A program made the translations under genes and the position numbers. The notes beneath the pieces are model-generated. The model had not been told where the DNA came from. It ran no database searches and saw only the letters and a program-made list of their open reading frames with translations. Of a stretch of DNA of 64,000 nucleotides, positions 53,214 to 62,381 are shown one piece after another. Numbering within the stretch: position 1 is the first letter of the stretch; each line of letters starts with the position of its first letter. Source of the DNA: a virus; the IMG/VR virus record IMGVR_UViG_2531839312_000008, positions 1,574 through 65,573 of that record; one strand, given 5' to 3'.

Positions 53214-53936
53214 ATGACGCCATCTACACTACCTAACAAGCTCTGGCGGGCCGCCTCTCAAGTTAAAAGCTTCGTTGAGAAAATGCCTAATGGTGTTTCA
53301 TTATCTGTTATACGAGACAAGGTTAGCGCTTATAGCTCCCTTATAAATCATGACAGAAAGAAATTAGTTGAGCACCTCAAGCAACGGGAGAATATTTTAG
53401 TTTTTGAAGTAAAGCCCCCTGCAGGCGGCAGGAAAGCAACCTTTTTGCGTCACAAGAAATTCGGGTGGCCAAAGGATATGCCATGCAATCTTGCACCAGA
53501 AATAAAGAGCTGCTCCAAATGTCACTTAGAAAAGCCAACCGGTGAGTTCTATAAAAACTCTACAACTTCTGATGGTAAGCAATCTTATTGCATTGAATGC
53601 GTAAAGGCCTCGTCAGCAGAAAGGAGTTGGAAAAAAGGCGACTCTTATGCAAAACGCCCCGCCACGACAATAAACGAGATTAATGAAATGGAAATTAAGC
53701 CAGCTATTACAGTAAGCCCTACGGCCCTTCGTCAGCAGGCCGAAGAGTTAATTCGCAAGGCTGAAGAAGCGGAGAACGCTGCCAAAAACAATGACCTGTT
53801 CAATAAAAAACTACAACCAATTCGTCTTGAGATTCTTCAGGCAATAGCTGGGGCTCAAAAGCTATTCGACCAGCAAATGGATGCCATGGCCTCACTTGAA
53901 GTAGCAGCAGCAAAACTCAGAAATCTGACTGCTTAA
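53214..53936 (+). CDS. Hypothetical protein with Zn finger and coiled coil
   Basis: CSKC...KP..EFYK...DG..SYC..C; heptad C-terminus. Confidence 0.75.
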   Translation: MTPSTLPNKLWRAASQVKSFVEKMPNGVSLSVIRDKVSAYSSLINHDRKKLVEHLKQRENILVFEVKPPAGGRKATFLRHKKFGWPKDMPCNLAPEIKSCSKCHLEKPTGEFYKNSTTSDGKQSYCIECVKASSAERSWKKGDSYAKRPATTINEINEMEIKPAITVSPTALRQQAEELIRKAEEAENAAKNNDLFNKKLQPIRLEILQAIAGAQKLFDQQMDAMASLEVAAAKLRNLTA

Positions 53937-53976
53937 GGCAGGCCATCGTAAATCATCAGAAACAGCTCGATAAGGA

Positions 53977-54240
53977 GTGAGTATGGAAGAGTTAATTCAA
54001 GAAATTAAAGTGGCTTACAACGAATCGGAAAAGGCTTTCACGCACGAACCAATGAATTTTGATGAACGCATTTTCGCAATGAATTCTTGGTGGGCAGCCG
54101 TAACGCCAGAGAAGGTGATGAAGTTGGTAAGGGCACTTGAAAAAGGCGGATATTCAGCACCGCCTGAAGGAGAAGGCGCAGCATGTTCAGGCTCAGCGTC
54201 TAGCCTTGGGAAGTTGCCACGACCACCGCAAAGTTTCTGA
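53977..54240 (+). CDS. Ead/Ea22-like small protein
   Basis: TAAGGAG RBS; AAVTPE.V..LV..LE motif. Confidence 0.55.
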   Translation: MSMEELIQEIKVAYNESEKAFTHEPMNFDERIFAMNSWWAAVTPEKVMKLVRALEKGGYSAPPEGEGAACSGSASSLGKLPRPPQSF

Positions 54241-54477
54241 AACCAAAACATGTGGATGTATGTTTAATGCGTTAGCAATTCCAAAAACCTGTTCCCTGAC
54301 CTGTAAAGCGTTGAGGTTATTCTCTCCTACATACTCCGCATCAGGAAGCTGATAGCTGACCCCATCATCTCCTGTTATTTCTCTGGAATATCCGTGCTCC
54401 TTCATTTTTTCATGAAGCTTGTTATATGTATCCCAATCAGAACCACGCAATTCAACCCGAACTGTGAACATCGGCAT
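54193..54477 (-). CDS. GhoS/DUF2622-like endoribonuclease (ferredoxin fold)
   Basis: FTVRVEL......Y..LH..M...GY.R.I..DDG..Y.LP.AEY. Confidence 0.8.
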   Translation of the reverse strand: MPMFTVRVELRGSDWDTYNKLHEKMKEHGYSREITGDDGVSYQLPDAEYVGENNLNALQVREQVFGIANALNIHPHVLVSETLRWSWQLPKARR

Positions 54478-54690
54478 TTATAAGACCCTATCTTTGACTG
54501 TGGAATAACCAAATTATCAGTTTCCTTTGACTGTGGAAAGCAGGGAAACCACCTCGCCTGACGTGGCTAAAAGCAGGCACTATCCAGTGACTTTACCCTG
54601 CGCCTACTCAGCAAGGGCGCATGAATAAAGGCATTAACAACGAGCTGACTTAGGTCGGCTTTTTTTGTACCTAAAAAACAGGAAAACAGA

Positions 54691-55654
54691 ATGAGCAAAG
54701 AGAAAGTCATTGCCTATAAGGGTTTCGACAAAAACATGCAGTGCCGTGGATTTCAGTTTGAAATGGGTAAAACCTTTGAGCACACCGGCAAGGTTGAAGC
54801 TTGTGGCTCTGGCTTTCATGCCTGTGAAAACCCTCTGGACGTATTCAGTTATTACCCGCCAGGTGAAAGCGTTTATGCCGAAGTTGAATCATCAGGCGAA
54901 ATTGATCGCGATGGTGACGATAGCAAAATAGCCAGTGCGAAAATCACAATCACTGCTGAAATTTCGATTCATCAAATGGTGGCGAAAGCTGTTGAGTGGA
55001 TTTGGGGCAAGATTGATAAAACCATTGAACAGACGATCACCAAAGGCAACTGGTCAGCGGCAACTAACACTGGCAACCGGTCAGCGGCAACTAACACTGG
55101 CGACCAGTCAGCGGCAACTAACACTGGCAACCGGTCAGCGGCAACTAACACTGGCGACCAGTCAGCGGCAACTAACACTGGCTACCGGTCAGCGGCAACT
55201 AACACTGGCAACCGGTCAGCGGCAACTAACACTCGGCTACCGGTCAGCGGCAACTAACACTGGCTACCGGTCAGCGGCAACTAACACTGGCAACCGGTCA
55301 GCGGCAACTAACACTGGCGACCAGTCAGCGGCAACTAACACTGGCGACCAGTCAGCGGCAACTAACACTGGCTACCGGTCAGCGGCAACTAACACTGGCT
55401 ACCGGTCAGCGGCAACTAACACTGGCGACCAGTCAGCGGCCGAAGTGAGTGGATCACAATCTGTGGCAGCATCATTCGGAGAAAGCGGGAAAGCTAAAGC
55501 CTCTGCGTCTGGCGCTATCGTGCTGTGCTACAGAAATGACGACGGTGAAATTATTCACATCCGGGCTAGCAAGGTTGGTGACAACGGCATTAAGCCCGAC
55601 ACATGGTACTCGCTGAGTGAAGATGGTGAATTTGAAGAAACAAAAGCCGCCTAG
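54691..55654 (+). pseudogene. Repeat protein (YKGF...CRGFQ.E.G N-terminal domain plus SAATNTGxx repeats) split by a +1 C at 55234
   Basis: Removing the extra C gives a single 320-aa ORF joining the two predicted ORFs. Confidence 0.8.
55054..55432 (+). repeat. 14 tandem 27-bp coding repeats TCAGCGGCAACTAACACTGGC-N6
   Basis: N6 is only AACCGG, GACCAG or TACCGG; unit 7 has 28 bp. Confidence 0.95.
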
Positions 55655-55804
55655 AGCGGTTTTTTGTTACCCCTACCCAAATCAGTATCGGAGCTTATAT
55701 GTCTTACAACGAAAAGTTTTGGCCTTCATTAACGTTTGGTTGCGTGCTGTTTTGGGTGTTGATGGGATTTCTAACTTTTATTTTTCTGATGTGAGGATCG
55801 GATT

Positions 55805-56029
55805 ATGAGCAAAGAAACAGGTGGTCCAGCATTTCCTAGATCAAACAATTTCTCGTCAGGCGGTGGTGGTGGTAACTCTAGCGGCATGACGCTGCGCGAT
55901 TACCTGGCTGCTAAGGCGATGCAGGCCACTCAATCAAACCCTGAGTGGAATCACTGGAGTACGGAACAACATGCTGTGTATGCATATGGAGTGGCTGACG
56001 CCATGCTGGCAGAAAGGAGTAAGCCATGA
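55805..56029 (+). CDS. Conserved phage hypothetical protein
   Basis: GGPAFP...GMTLRDY.AAKAMQ...AY..ADAML.ER. Confidence 0.8.
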   Translation: MSKETGGPAFPRSNNFSSGGGGGNSSGMTLRDYLAAKAMQATQSNPEWNHWSTEQHAVYAYGVADAMLAERSKP

Positions 56030-56217
56030 GTAATTGCAATAATAGGTATTGCATAGGCGGCGTTGAATTTATTCCCTGCTGTTCTGGCATTGAATGTGGC
56101 TGTATGGGTCAGCCTGTAGCAGCAAAATACTGCCCCGAATGTAATACAGAAAAGCGCGAACCTACCCACGGAGATGCAATTGAACGCCTCGAATACGTTG
56201 AGTGGCTTGACGAATAG
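56026..56217 (+). CDS. Cys-rich hypothetical protein
   Basis: CC.G.ECGC.G.P...CPEC; ATGA overlap. Confidence 0.65.
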   Translation: MSNCNNRYCIGGVEFIPCCSGIECGCMGQPVAAKYCPECNTEKREPTHGDAIERLEYVEWLDE

Positions 56218-56295
56218 CCCCATCCTGCTGCGCATTCACTGAGTGCTCAGCGTGAAAACCCCTCGTTGTTCTGTTTAGCCCTCCAAGTGAGGGCT

Positions 56296-56619
56296 TCTTT
56301 TTGTCTGGAGAAAATCATGAAAGAGTTGCGGTTCTATGGTGCCAGTGACGATCTTTTTGAATGCGACGGCGCCATTCGAGAGGAAATTAGCTGCTTCGAT
56401 AGTGTTGGTTTATATCACCTGAAATCTGCCGATGGCGAGGTTATGGTGGTCGCACAATATCTTGAAAGCGGTCTATGGAGTATCGGTATATCGCCAGTAA
56501 ATGAAGGTTTACCAGTACCGTCTTGGCCTTGCTCCTATTCAATTTACAAGCACGGCTACAGCACACTGTTGACCATGCAGGTACCGGACGACACAGAGAT
56601 TGTGAGCAAAGAAGATTGA
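56296..56619 (+). CDS. Conserved phage hypothetical protein
   Basis: GGAG RBS; MKELRFYGASDDLFE. Confidence 0.7.
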   Translation, partial: SFCLEKIMKELRFYGASDDLFECDGAIREEISCFDSVGLYHLKSADGEVMVVAQYLESGLWSIGISPVNEGLPVPSWPCSYSIYKHGYSTLLTMQVPDDTEIVSKED

Positions 56620-56677
56620 ATAGCAGCCGCTTAACTAGCGGCTTTTTTTCGCCTGTACATATCCCAAGGAGATCGCC

Positions 56678-57703
56678 GTGAGCGAGACAACGGAATTATC
56701 AGTAATTGAGATTAAGCCGGAACAGGCTCCGGCGATTTATGTTGCCAATGGGCTTGACCAGTATCTTTTGCAGATCCGTGAGTACGCGAGGGAAGCGCCA
56801 GACGTTACAACCAAAAAAGGACGTGACCGCATTGGATCACTTGCCCTGCTAGTCGGGAAAAGCAAAAAGCTGATTGAAGAGCCAGGCAGATCTTACCTAA
56901 AGCACCTCAAAGAAGCGGTTAAACCAGCAGAGGAAGAGCTGCGCCGCTTTACTCGTGAGTGCGATGCAATTCGTGACGCAATTTTAAAACCCCGCGCAGA
57001 GTGGGAAGCCGAGCGGGAACGCATCGCCGCGGCTAAAGCAGCCGAACAAGAGAAGCTGCGTATTGAGGCCGAGCAACTAGCGGCGGCGGAAGTACTGAGG
57101 AAGCAGAAGGAAGTAGACCACGAGTTAGCCCTTCTCATGAATACCCAGTTCGACCGTGATGCCGCCGACGCTCAAGCCGAAGCAGAACGCCAGCGCATTG
57201 CTCATGAAGAAGAGATTAAGCGTCAGGCGGTCGAGCAGGCCCGAATTGATGCCGAACAGGAGGCAAAGCGTGAACGCGAGGAATCAGCCCAGCGCGAAGC
57301 TGCTTTAAAGCTCAAGGTTGAGCAGGAAGAACGGGCGAAAATTGAAGTTGAACAGAAAGCTGAGCGTGAAAAGAAAGAAGCTTCTGAAAAGGTCGAGCGC
57401 GATAAGAAAGAGGCGCTGGAACGCGCTGAGCAAGAAAAACAGGACGCTATCGCAGCAGAACAGCGCAAGCAGCAGGAAGCTGAACAGCGCCGACTGGCAG
57501 AAGAAAAGCGCATCAAGGATGAAGCCGACAAACGCGCTGCCAATATCGAACATCAAAAAAACATCAACCACCAAGTGATCGCAATTCTCACCAAGTCGGG
57601 TATTTCAACCGAATGCGCTCAGGATTGTGTGATTGCCATCGTTAAGCACCAAAGAGAAGCGGCCGCATCCGGCCAGCACCCGCCCGTTCAAATCAACTAT
57701 TAG
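56678..57703 (+). CDS. Long coiled-coil (Glu/Lys/Arg/Ala-rich) phage protein
   Basis: PD.TTKKGRD.I.SLA; A.E.DHE.AL.MN..FD; H.K.IN. Confidence 0.8.
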   Translation: MSETTELSVIEIKPEQAPAIYVANGLDQYLLQIREYAREAPDVTTKKGRDRIGSLALLVGKSKKLIEEPGRSYLKHLKEAVKPAEEELRRFTRECDAIRDAILKPRAEWEAERERIAAAKAAEQEKLRIEAEQLAAAEVLRKQKEVDHELALLMNTQFDRDAADAQAEAERQRIAHEEEIKRQAVEQARIDAEQEAKREREESAQREAALKLKVEQEERAKIEVEQKAEREKKEASEKVERDKKEALERAEQEKQDAIAAEQRKQQEAEQRRLAEEKRIKDEADKRAANIEHQKNINHQVIAILTKSGISTECAQDCVIAIVKHQREAAASGQHPPVQINY

Positions 57704-57719
57704 CAATCTGGAGTATCCC

Positions 57720-57851
57720 ATGCAAACAACGCAACTTGCAGGGTGGCCTTGCGTGGGCTGCTCTGAATCACTGCTCGACATCATCTTTCGTAATGCCAAA
57801 GACGCGGCTAAGCGCATTTGGAAAACACTTCAGCAGAAAGGTGAGCCATGA
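57720..57851 (+). CDS. cIII: CIII-like FtsH inhibitor
   Basis: MQ...AGWP..GC.SESLL.II.R...D..KRI...L.Q.G.P matches lambda CIII. Confidence 0.85.
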   Translation: MQTTQLAGWPCVGCSESLLDIIFRNAKDAAKRIWKTLQQKGEP

Positions 57852-57961
57852 ACATCAAGCGCGCAATACAGCTTTTAGCCGCCTTGGCTATAGAGAAGCA
57901 CGACAACGATTTATTCAGCGTTGCGCACTGCCTATTTAATCAACGGGAGGCTTCAAAATGA
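57848..57961 (+). CDS. 37-aa protein in the kil position
   Basis: MNIKRAIQLLAALAIEKHDNDLFSVAHCLF...; ATGA overlap with cIII; function inferred from position only. Confidence 0.55.
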   Translation: MNIKRAIQLLAALAIEKHDNDLFSVAHCLFNQREASK

Positions 57962-58128
57962 CACTTGCAGTATCAATTAAAGAAAGCGAGGAAAAGCGCA
58001 AGGGGCATCTACAAGACGCGCTGTACTTTCGCAGAAATCGACTGACTAAAGCAAAGCAAACGGCATTAATGCGAGCAAAGATTGAAAAGATGAATCAGCA
58101 GTATTTCTTGGGCGAACAACCATTCTGA
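57958..58128 (+). CDS. 56-aa hypothetical protein
   Basis: GGGAGG RBS; ATGA overlap; ends IEKMNQQYFLGEQPF. Confidence 0.6.
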   Translation: MTLAVSIKESEEKRKGHLQDALYFRRNRLTKAKQTALMRAKIEKMNQQYFLGEQPF

Positions 58129-58136
58129 GGTGTTAT

Positions 58137-58796
58137 GTGAGCATAGCAACATTAATACTTGGTGAGTCAGGAACAGGTAAGTCAACCAGCCTGCGCAACC
58201 TAAATCCAGAAAATACCTTGCTAATACAGTGCATAAGTAAATCACTGCCCTTTCGGTCACCTGACTGGAAAACTTTCACCACAGAAAACCCAAAAGGTAA
58301 CGTTTTCCGAACCGATAAATCAGCAGATATTCTGCAAATCATCAAAAAAACCAAAAGAGATATCATCGTTATTGATGATTATCAGGCGGTCATGGTTAAC
58401 GAGTTGATGGAGCGTTCTGGTGAGCGTGGGTATGACAAGTTTACTGACATTGGGAAAAATGCATGGAACGTATTCAATGCAGCCGGATCGCTCGCTGAGA
58501 ATAAGCGAGTCTACATTATGGCGCACACTCAAACTGACGATTTCGGCAGCACGCGGATGAAAACAGTAGGAAAAATGGTTGATCAAACCATAGTCCCTGA
58601 GGGCTATTTCACTATAGTTCTGCGTACCCACGTACAGAATGGTAGCTATCAGTTTTCCACCCAAACAAACGGTCAGGACTGCTGTAAAAGCCCGATGGGA
58701 ATGTTCACAGACCTTTTGGTAAATAATGACTTATCTCTTGTTGATGGAGTTATTAGCGACTACTACGGTATCAATAAAATAGAGGACAAAGCATGA
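58137..58796 (+). CDS. AAA ATPase, Sak4-like recombinase
   Basis: GESGTGKST Walker A; IVIDDYQ Walker B; KT.GKM.D....PEG.F. Confidence 0.85.
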   Translation: MSIATLILGESGTGKSTSLRNLNPENTLLIQCISKSLPFRSPDWKTFTTENPKGNVFRTDKSADILQIIKKTKRDIIVIDDYQAVMVNELMERSGERGYDKFTDIGKNAWNVFNAAGSLAENKRVYIMAHTQTDDFGSTRMKTVGKMVDQTIVPEGYFTIVLRTHVQNGSYQFSTQTNGQDCCKSPMGMFTDLLVNNDLSLVDGVISDYYGINKIEDKA

Positions 58797-59392
58797 GCAA
58801 TGTAATTTTTACATACAACCAAGAGCAGGCGCTTTCTGCGGGGCAAAGTGGTTTTATAAACGAGTCTGGCGCTTACATCTTCACCATCACCGAAGCTAAG
58901 TGCATGACCAGTTCTGGCGGTGCGAAATCTATTGAATTCTCTGTTGAAGCTGATGACGGGCGTAAGGCGAACTACCTGAATGTCTATACGGAGAAAAAAG
59001 ATAAGACACCAAACCAGTTCGGCATCAACATGATAAACGCCATCATGGGCTGCACATCAGTAAATTCACTGACCATGGTAATGAAAGATATTAATACCCA
59101 TTTGGTTCCAGAGCTTATAGGTAAGAGGGTTGGTTTTGTTCTGCAAAAAACGCTCAAGAGTAAACAGGATGGCTCTGATACTTATAATTTCGACATCCGC
59201 ATTCCGTTTATTGCCCAGACCAATCAGACTCTACAAGAAAAAATTGACGGTAAGCCTGCAGAAACCATTGCGAAAATAGCATCTACCCTAAAAGACAAAG
59301 ACGAGCGTAAGCAGGGGAATAATCACCAACCTCAGCATTCAGGTGGATATCCGGGTGATGATCAGTTCTTCAATCAATACGATAACATCTAA
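58793..59392 (+). CDS. Putative single-strand DNA-binding protein (DUF669-like)
   Basis: Follows the Sak4-like gene; G.Y...ITEA; flexible aromatic-acidic C-terminal tail. Confidence 0.6.
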   Translation: MSNVIFTYNQEQALSAGQSGFINESGAYIFTITEAKCMTSSGGAKSIEFSVEADDGRKANYLNVYTEKKDKTPNQFGINMINAIMGCTSVNSLTMVMKDINTHLVPELIGKRVGFVLQKTLKSKQDGSDTYNFDIRIPFIAQTNQTLQEKIDGKPAETIAKIASTLKDKDERKQGNNHQPQHSGGYPGDDQFFNQYDNI

Positions 59393-59409
59393 ATTTTAGG
59401 GTAATCATC

Positions 59410-59796
59410 ATGACGCCAGTCGGAATACTGGCACTCCTCCGTAAGCACCCCGATGCAAATATCACCTTCTTCCAGCGCAATTCAACCAGCGCTGGGCGTT
59501 CTGGTGGGCGCTTGTCTGGCGGTGCGACAGTGGGGTGCACAATTAACTACACAAACCCCAACTATGCGGGTTGGGGTCGCCTCATGGAAGAGGAATCAAT
59601 TTTCATTCAAATAGTCTATGTGCAGCAAATTCAGCACCTGCTTACGGAAGAGAAATGGAGTATTCCACACCTCAAGGCTGAGGGGACTATCTATCGGTTG
59701 AAGCCTGAATATTTTGCACATGACCGCCCCGCTTATTTCACCACTCAACAGCAGTTGGATCAGTGGCATGAGGAGTGTCGCCAGTTAATCAGCTAG
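59410..59796 (+). CDS. Hypothetical protein
   Basis: Co-oriented ORF with RBS. Confidence 0.65.
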   Translation: MTPVGILALLRKHPDANITFFQRNSTSAGRSGGRLSGGATVGCTINYTNPNYAGWGRLMEEESIFIQIVYVQQIQHLLTEEKWSIPHLKAEGTIYRLKPEYFAHDRPAYFTTQQQLDQWHEECRQLIS

Positions 59797-59834
59797 AAGC
59801 TTGCCGCCTAACCCTCTCAAGTAAGGAATAAATC

Positions 59835-60215
59835 ATGACCCGCGAGGTTGTTTGTGATTACTGCGGCAAGACTGCTGCATTCGTAACCGGTAGAAAGATT
59901 TACCCGCACCGCCCTGACCTATCCTTACTCCATTTTTATCAGTGTGAACCATGCAAAGCATATGTCGGTTGCCATAAAGGCAGTAATGGCGTTCCTCTTG
60001 GTCGCCTGGCTAATGCTGAGCTACGAGCAGCTAAAAGCAAAGCCCATGCTGCCTTTGACCCAATTTGGAAGGGTCGTTCCATGAGTCGCGGTAGCGCATA
60101 TTCATGGCTCGCTAAATCTCTCGGCATTCCTCAGCAGGAGTGCCATATCGGAATGTTTAATATCGAAATGTGCGAGCAGGTTGTCATTGCCTGCGAGCTG
60201 AGGGCTCAATCATGA
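59835..60215 (+). CDS. Zinc-finger protein (DUF3268-like)
   Basis: CDYCG; C.PC.AYVGCH; PLG.LA...LR; AH..FDP.W; CHIGMF. Confidence 0.85.
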   Translation: MTREVVCDYCGKTAAFVTGRKIYPHRPDLSLLHFYQCEPCKAYVGCHKGSNGVPLGRLANAELRAAKSKAHAAFDPIWKGRSMSRGSAYSWLAKSLGIPQQECHIGMFNIEMCEQVVIACELRAQS

Positions 60216-60979
60216 CCATTCAAATATTCAAAGGCGTAAAGAATCAAGAGCTGGTTCTTAAGTCGGACTATGACGCAGTAGCTGAGATGGCGGGAGCCGC
60301 TGAAATTCTGGCTGAGTTGCTGAAGGCATCAAAGGCTGACTGCGGCTCCCTGCAACGCCGATACGACGACTTAGCAGCAATGTTCGACACGGTGAATGCG
60401 GCGTCGAAAGCGAAAGATGTGCGTATTGCTGAGTTGGAGGAAGTTGAAGAACAGCTTATTAGCATGGAAGGAATAGCATCCCTTGCAGTCCAAAAATACA
60501 ACGAATTAAAGGCCGAGATTGCAGAGATGCGTGGTGCTGCGGTGGCTGTGGCCTATATGCACCATAGCGGGCAAGTGGTTACAAGAGCGGAGTGTTGCGA
60601 CGATAAAACTTTCGCCATTTGCTGCAAGGTAGAGACGCCACTATTCACCCACCCTGCGCCGCCTGTCGTGGTGCTGCCGATTCGCGCCGAGCACGCCGAA
60701 TGGTCTCAGGCCACGTTCGGTAATGTCGGTCCAGTCGGGCCGCTAAAGCATCTATCCAAAGAGGCTATCGAAGCCGCCGAAGCGCCAGAGGATTTATCCG
60801 AGTGGGCCGATATGCAATTCCTATTATGGGATGCCCAGCGCCGCGCCGGTATCACTGACTCGCAGATTGAGCAGGCAATGATCGAGAAGTTGGCAATCAA
60901 TAAGGCGCGTTCATGGCCTGAGCCAAAGGACGGTGAGCCACGCCTGCATGTTAAGCAGCCTAAATGGCCGCGTATCTAG
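60212..60979 (+). CDS. Coiled coil plus dATP/dGTP pyrophosphohydrolase (DUF550) protein
   Basis: HA.WS..TFG..GP.GPLKHL.KE; EWAD.QFL.WDA.RRAG; N..R.WP.PKDGEP..H. Confidence 0.85.
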   Translation: MTIQIFKGVKNQELVLKSDYDAVAEMAGAAEILAELLKASKADCGSLQRRYDDLAAMFDTVNAASKAKDVRIAELEEVEEQLISMEGIASLAVQKYNELKAEIAEMRGAAVAVAYMHHSGQVVTRAECCDDKTFAICCKVETPLFTHPAPPVVVLPIRAEHAEWSQATFGNVGPVGPLKHLSKEAIEAAEAPEDLSEWADMQFLLWDAQRRAGITDSQIEQAMIEKLAINKARSWPEPKDGEPRLHVKQPKWPRI

Positions 60980-61432
60980 TTAGTTACAATCGTCAGAAAT
61001 TTTTACCAACGCCGCATTTAAGACTTCATCGTTATCTGAAGAAAACACAGCGTTTCCTTTCACAGGCTTACCATATTTCAACATGCCACTAGTTAATTTT
61101 TCATCAACAGTGTCAAGATTGAACTCTTTATTGTCCTTGGAATAAGCCTTTAAGCAAAGCTTTGATATATCAACACTTTCTCCTGATAAATTTGCTAAGA
61201 CGACCTCGAAGGTTTTTGTATAGGCGTTTTTACTTCCAATAGATACAGAACCTTGAGATTCTTGTGTGGAATACACCCCAATATTATCGAGCGTCGTAGC
61301 ATTTGCCCCAACACAAATGCTACTCAGAGCCAGAGATAAAACAATAGTATAAACCTTCATATCAATTCCCTTTTTTAGGTCAATAATCTTTGCCGTACAT
61401 GTTAATAAAGCAGATTCATCATGATTGTACAC
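60980..61432 (-). CDS. Secreted DUF4354-like protein (moron)
   Basis: Signal peptide (probable start MKVYTIV); GS.S.G....YTKTF.V.LAN; F.LDTVDE.L..G.L. Confidence 0.75.
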   Translation of the reverse strand: MYNHDESALLTCTAKIIDLKKGIDMKVYTIVLSLALSSICVGANATTLDNIGVYSTQESQGSVSIGSKNAYTKTFEVVLANLSGESVDISKLCLKAYSKDNKEFNLDTVDEKLTSGMLKYGKPVKGNAVFSSDNDEVLNAALVKISDDCN

Positions 61433-61654
61433 TGTACATACTGAATAATCACTTTATGGACAATTTCACTTCACCAGTTTTGCGGATTTTCTGGGTGTTG
61501 ATCGAGAGTAATGAATGATGAGTAAATATTGTTACGCTATTTCTGTTTTTACTTGTTCAGGTGATAATGGTTTCCTAATTAAACATGGCAAGTGCATTCT
61601 TGATTTAACTCCTGAATTATCCCGGCGCTACACTCCCCCCAACAAGGAGGAATC

Positions 61655-61885
61655 ATGTCAAAGAATCTCGCCAATTTACCCAAAGAAGAAATGGAAAAAA
61701 TCAACGTTGATAAAGCAGCGGGTGTTGTCGCGTTCAAAGAGCGCTACAGCGTGCCAGTTGTCGCTGAAATCGTTGCTCGGGAGCAGCCGGAGCATTTGCG
61801 CCAGTACTTCATGGAGAGGCTTTCACATTATCGAAGCATGAAGGACAGTCTTGGCAAAATGGACCCTCCGCCACCAAATCCATAA
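61655..61885 (+). CDS. holE: DNA polymerase III theta-subunit homolog (HolE/Hot)
   Basis: NLA.L.KEEM.K.NVD.AA..VAFKERY..PV.AE.V.REQPEHLR.YF.ERL..YR. Confidence 0.9.
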   Translation: MSKNLANLPKEEMEKINVDKAAGVVAFKERYSVPVVAEIVAREQPEHLRQYFMERLSHYRSMKDSLGKMDPPPPNP

Positions 61886-61947
61886 TTAATGCCTGTATCT
61901 AACGAACCTCGCAAATGCGGGGTTTTTTATTGCCAAAAATCGAGGGC

Positions 61948-62169
61948 AACCCTATGCGAATAACTGTTAATGCTCCAGACAAGGAATGTGCTGGGGTTGC
62001 GATGTCTTGTGCTCAGGATTTTATAGCCAAGAAAAAAGACGACGACGGAACGTCTGATGGCTGGGGGTATCTGCCGAAGGGATTCAACGTTTACGTGGTG
62101 AAAAAGAAGAATGGGAACATCTCCGCCACCTGCCACCGAGCACCAATCAAAATTCAGGAGGCCGCATAA
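61948..62169 (+). CDS. Hypothetical protein
   Basis: GAGG RBS at MRITVN; start approximate. Confidence 0.5.
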   Translation, partial: NPMRITVNAPDKECAGVAMSCAQDFIAKKKDDDGTSDGWGYLPKGFNVYVVKKKNGNISATCHRAPIKIQEAA

Positions 62170-62381
62170 TGGCTGATGTAGCAGACGACGCAGCAAAAGA
62201 ATTTGAACAACACTTAACCGCGGCTATCGCGAACCGCGCCAAACCGGAACCACCCTCACCTGTTTGCAGGAACGGCGACTGCGGTGAGCCCTCAGTCGGC
62301 AAGTCCAGTTATTGCTGCAGTGAATGCCGGGAAGATGCGGAGAAGGTTGAACGGGCTAAGCAGCAAAGGAAGGCAGCATGA
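62169..62381 (+). CDS. Small Zn-ribbon protein (DksA/TraR-like N-terminus)
   Basis: MAD.AD.A; C...CGEP......CC..CR.D.E. Confidence 0.7.
   Translation: MADVADDAAKEFEQHLTAAIANRAKPEPPSPVCRNGDCGEPSVGKSSYCCSECREDAEKVERAKQQRKAA

Noticed and set aside
54935-55257. Two separate genes at 54691..55257 and 54935..55654
   Set aside because: One gene split by a single-base insertion at 55234; the QRQLTLAT repeats are an off-frame reading
55054-55432. CRISPR-like array
   Set aside because: Variable parts are only 6 bp with three recurring variants, the period is a multiple of 3 inside a CDS, and there are no cas genes
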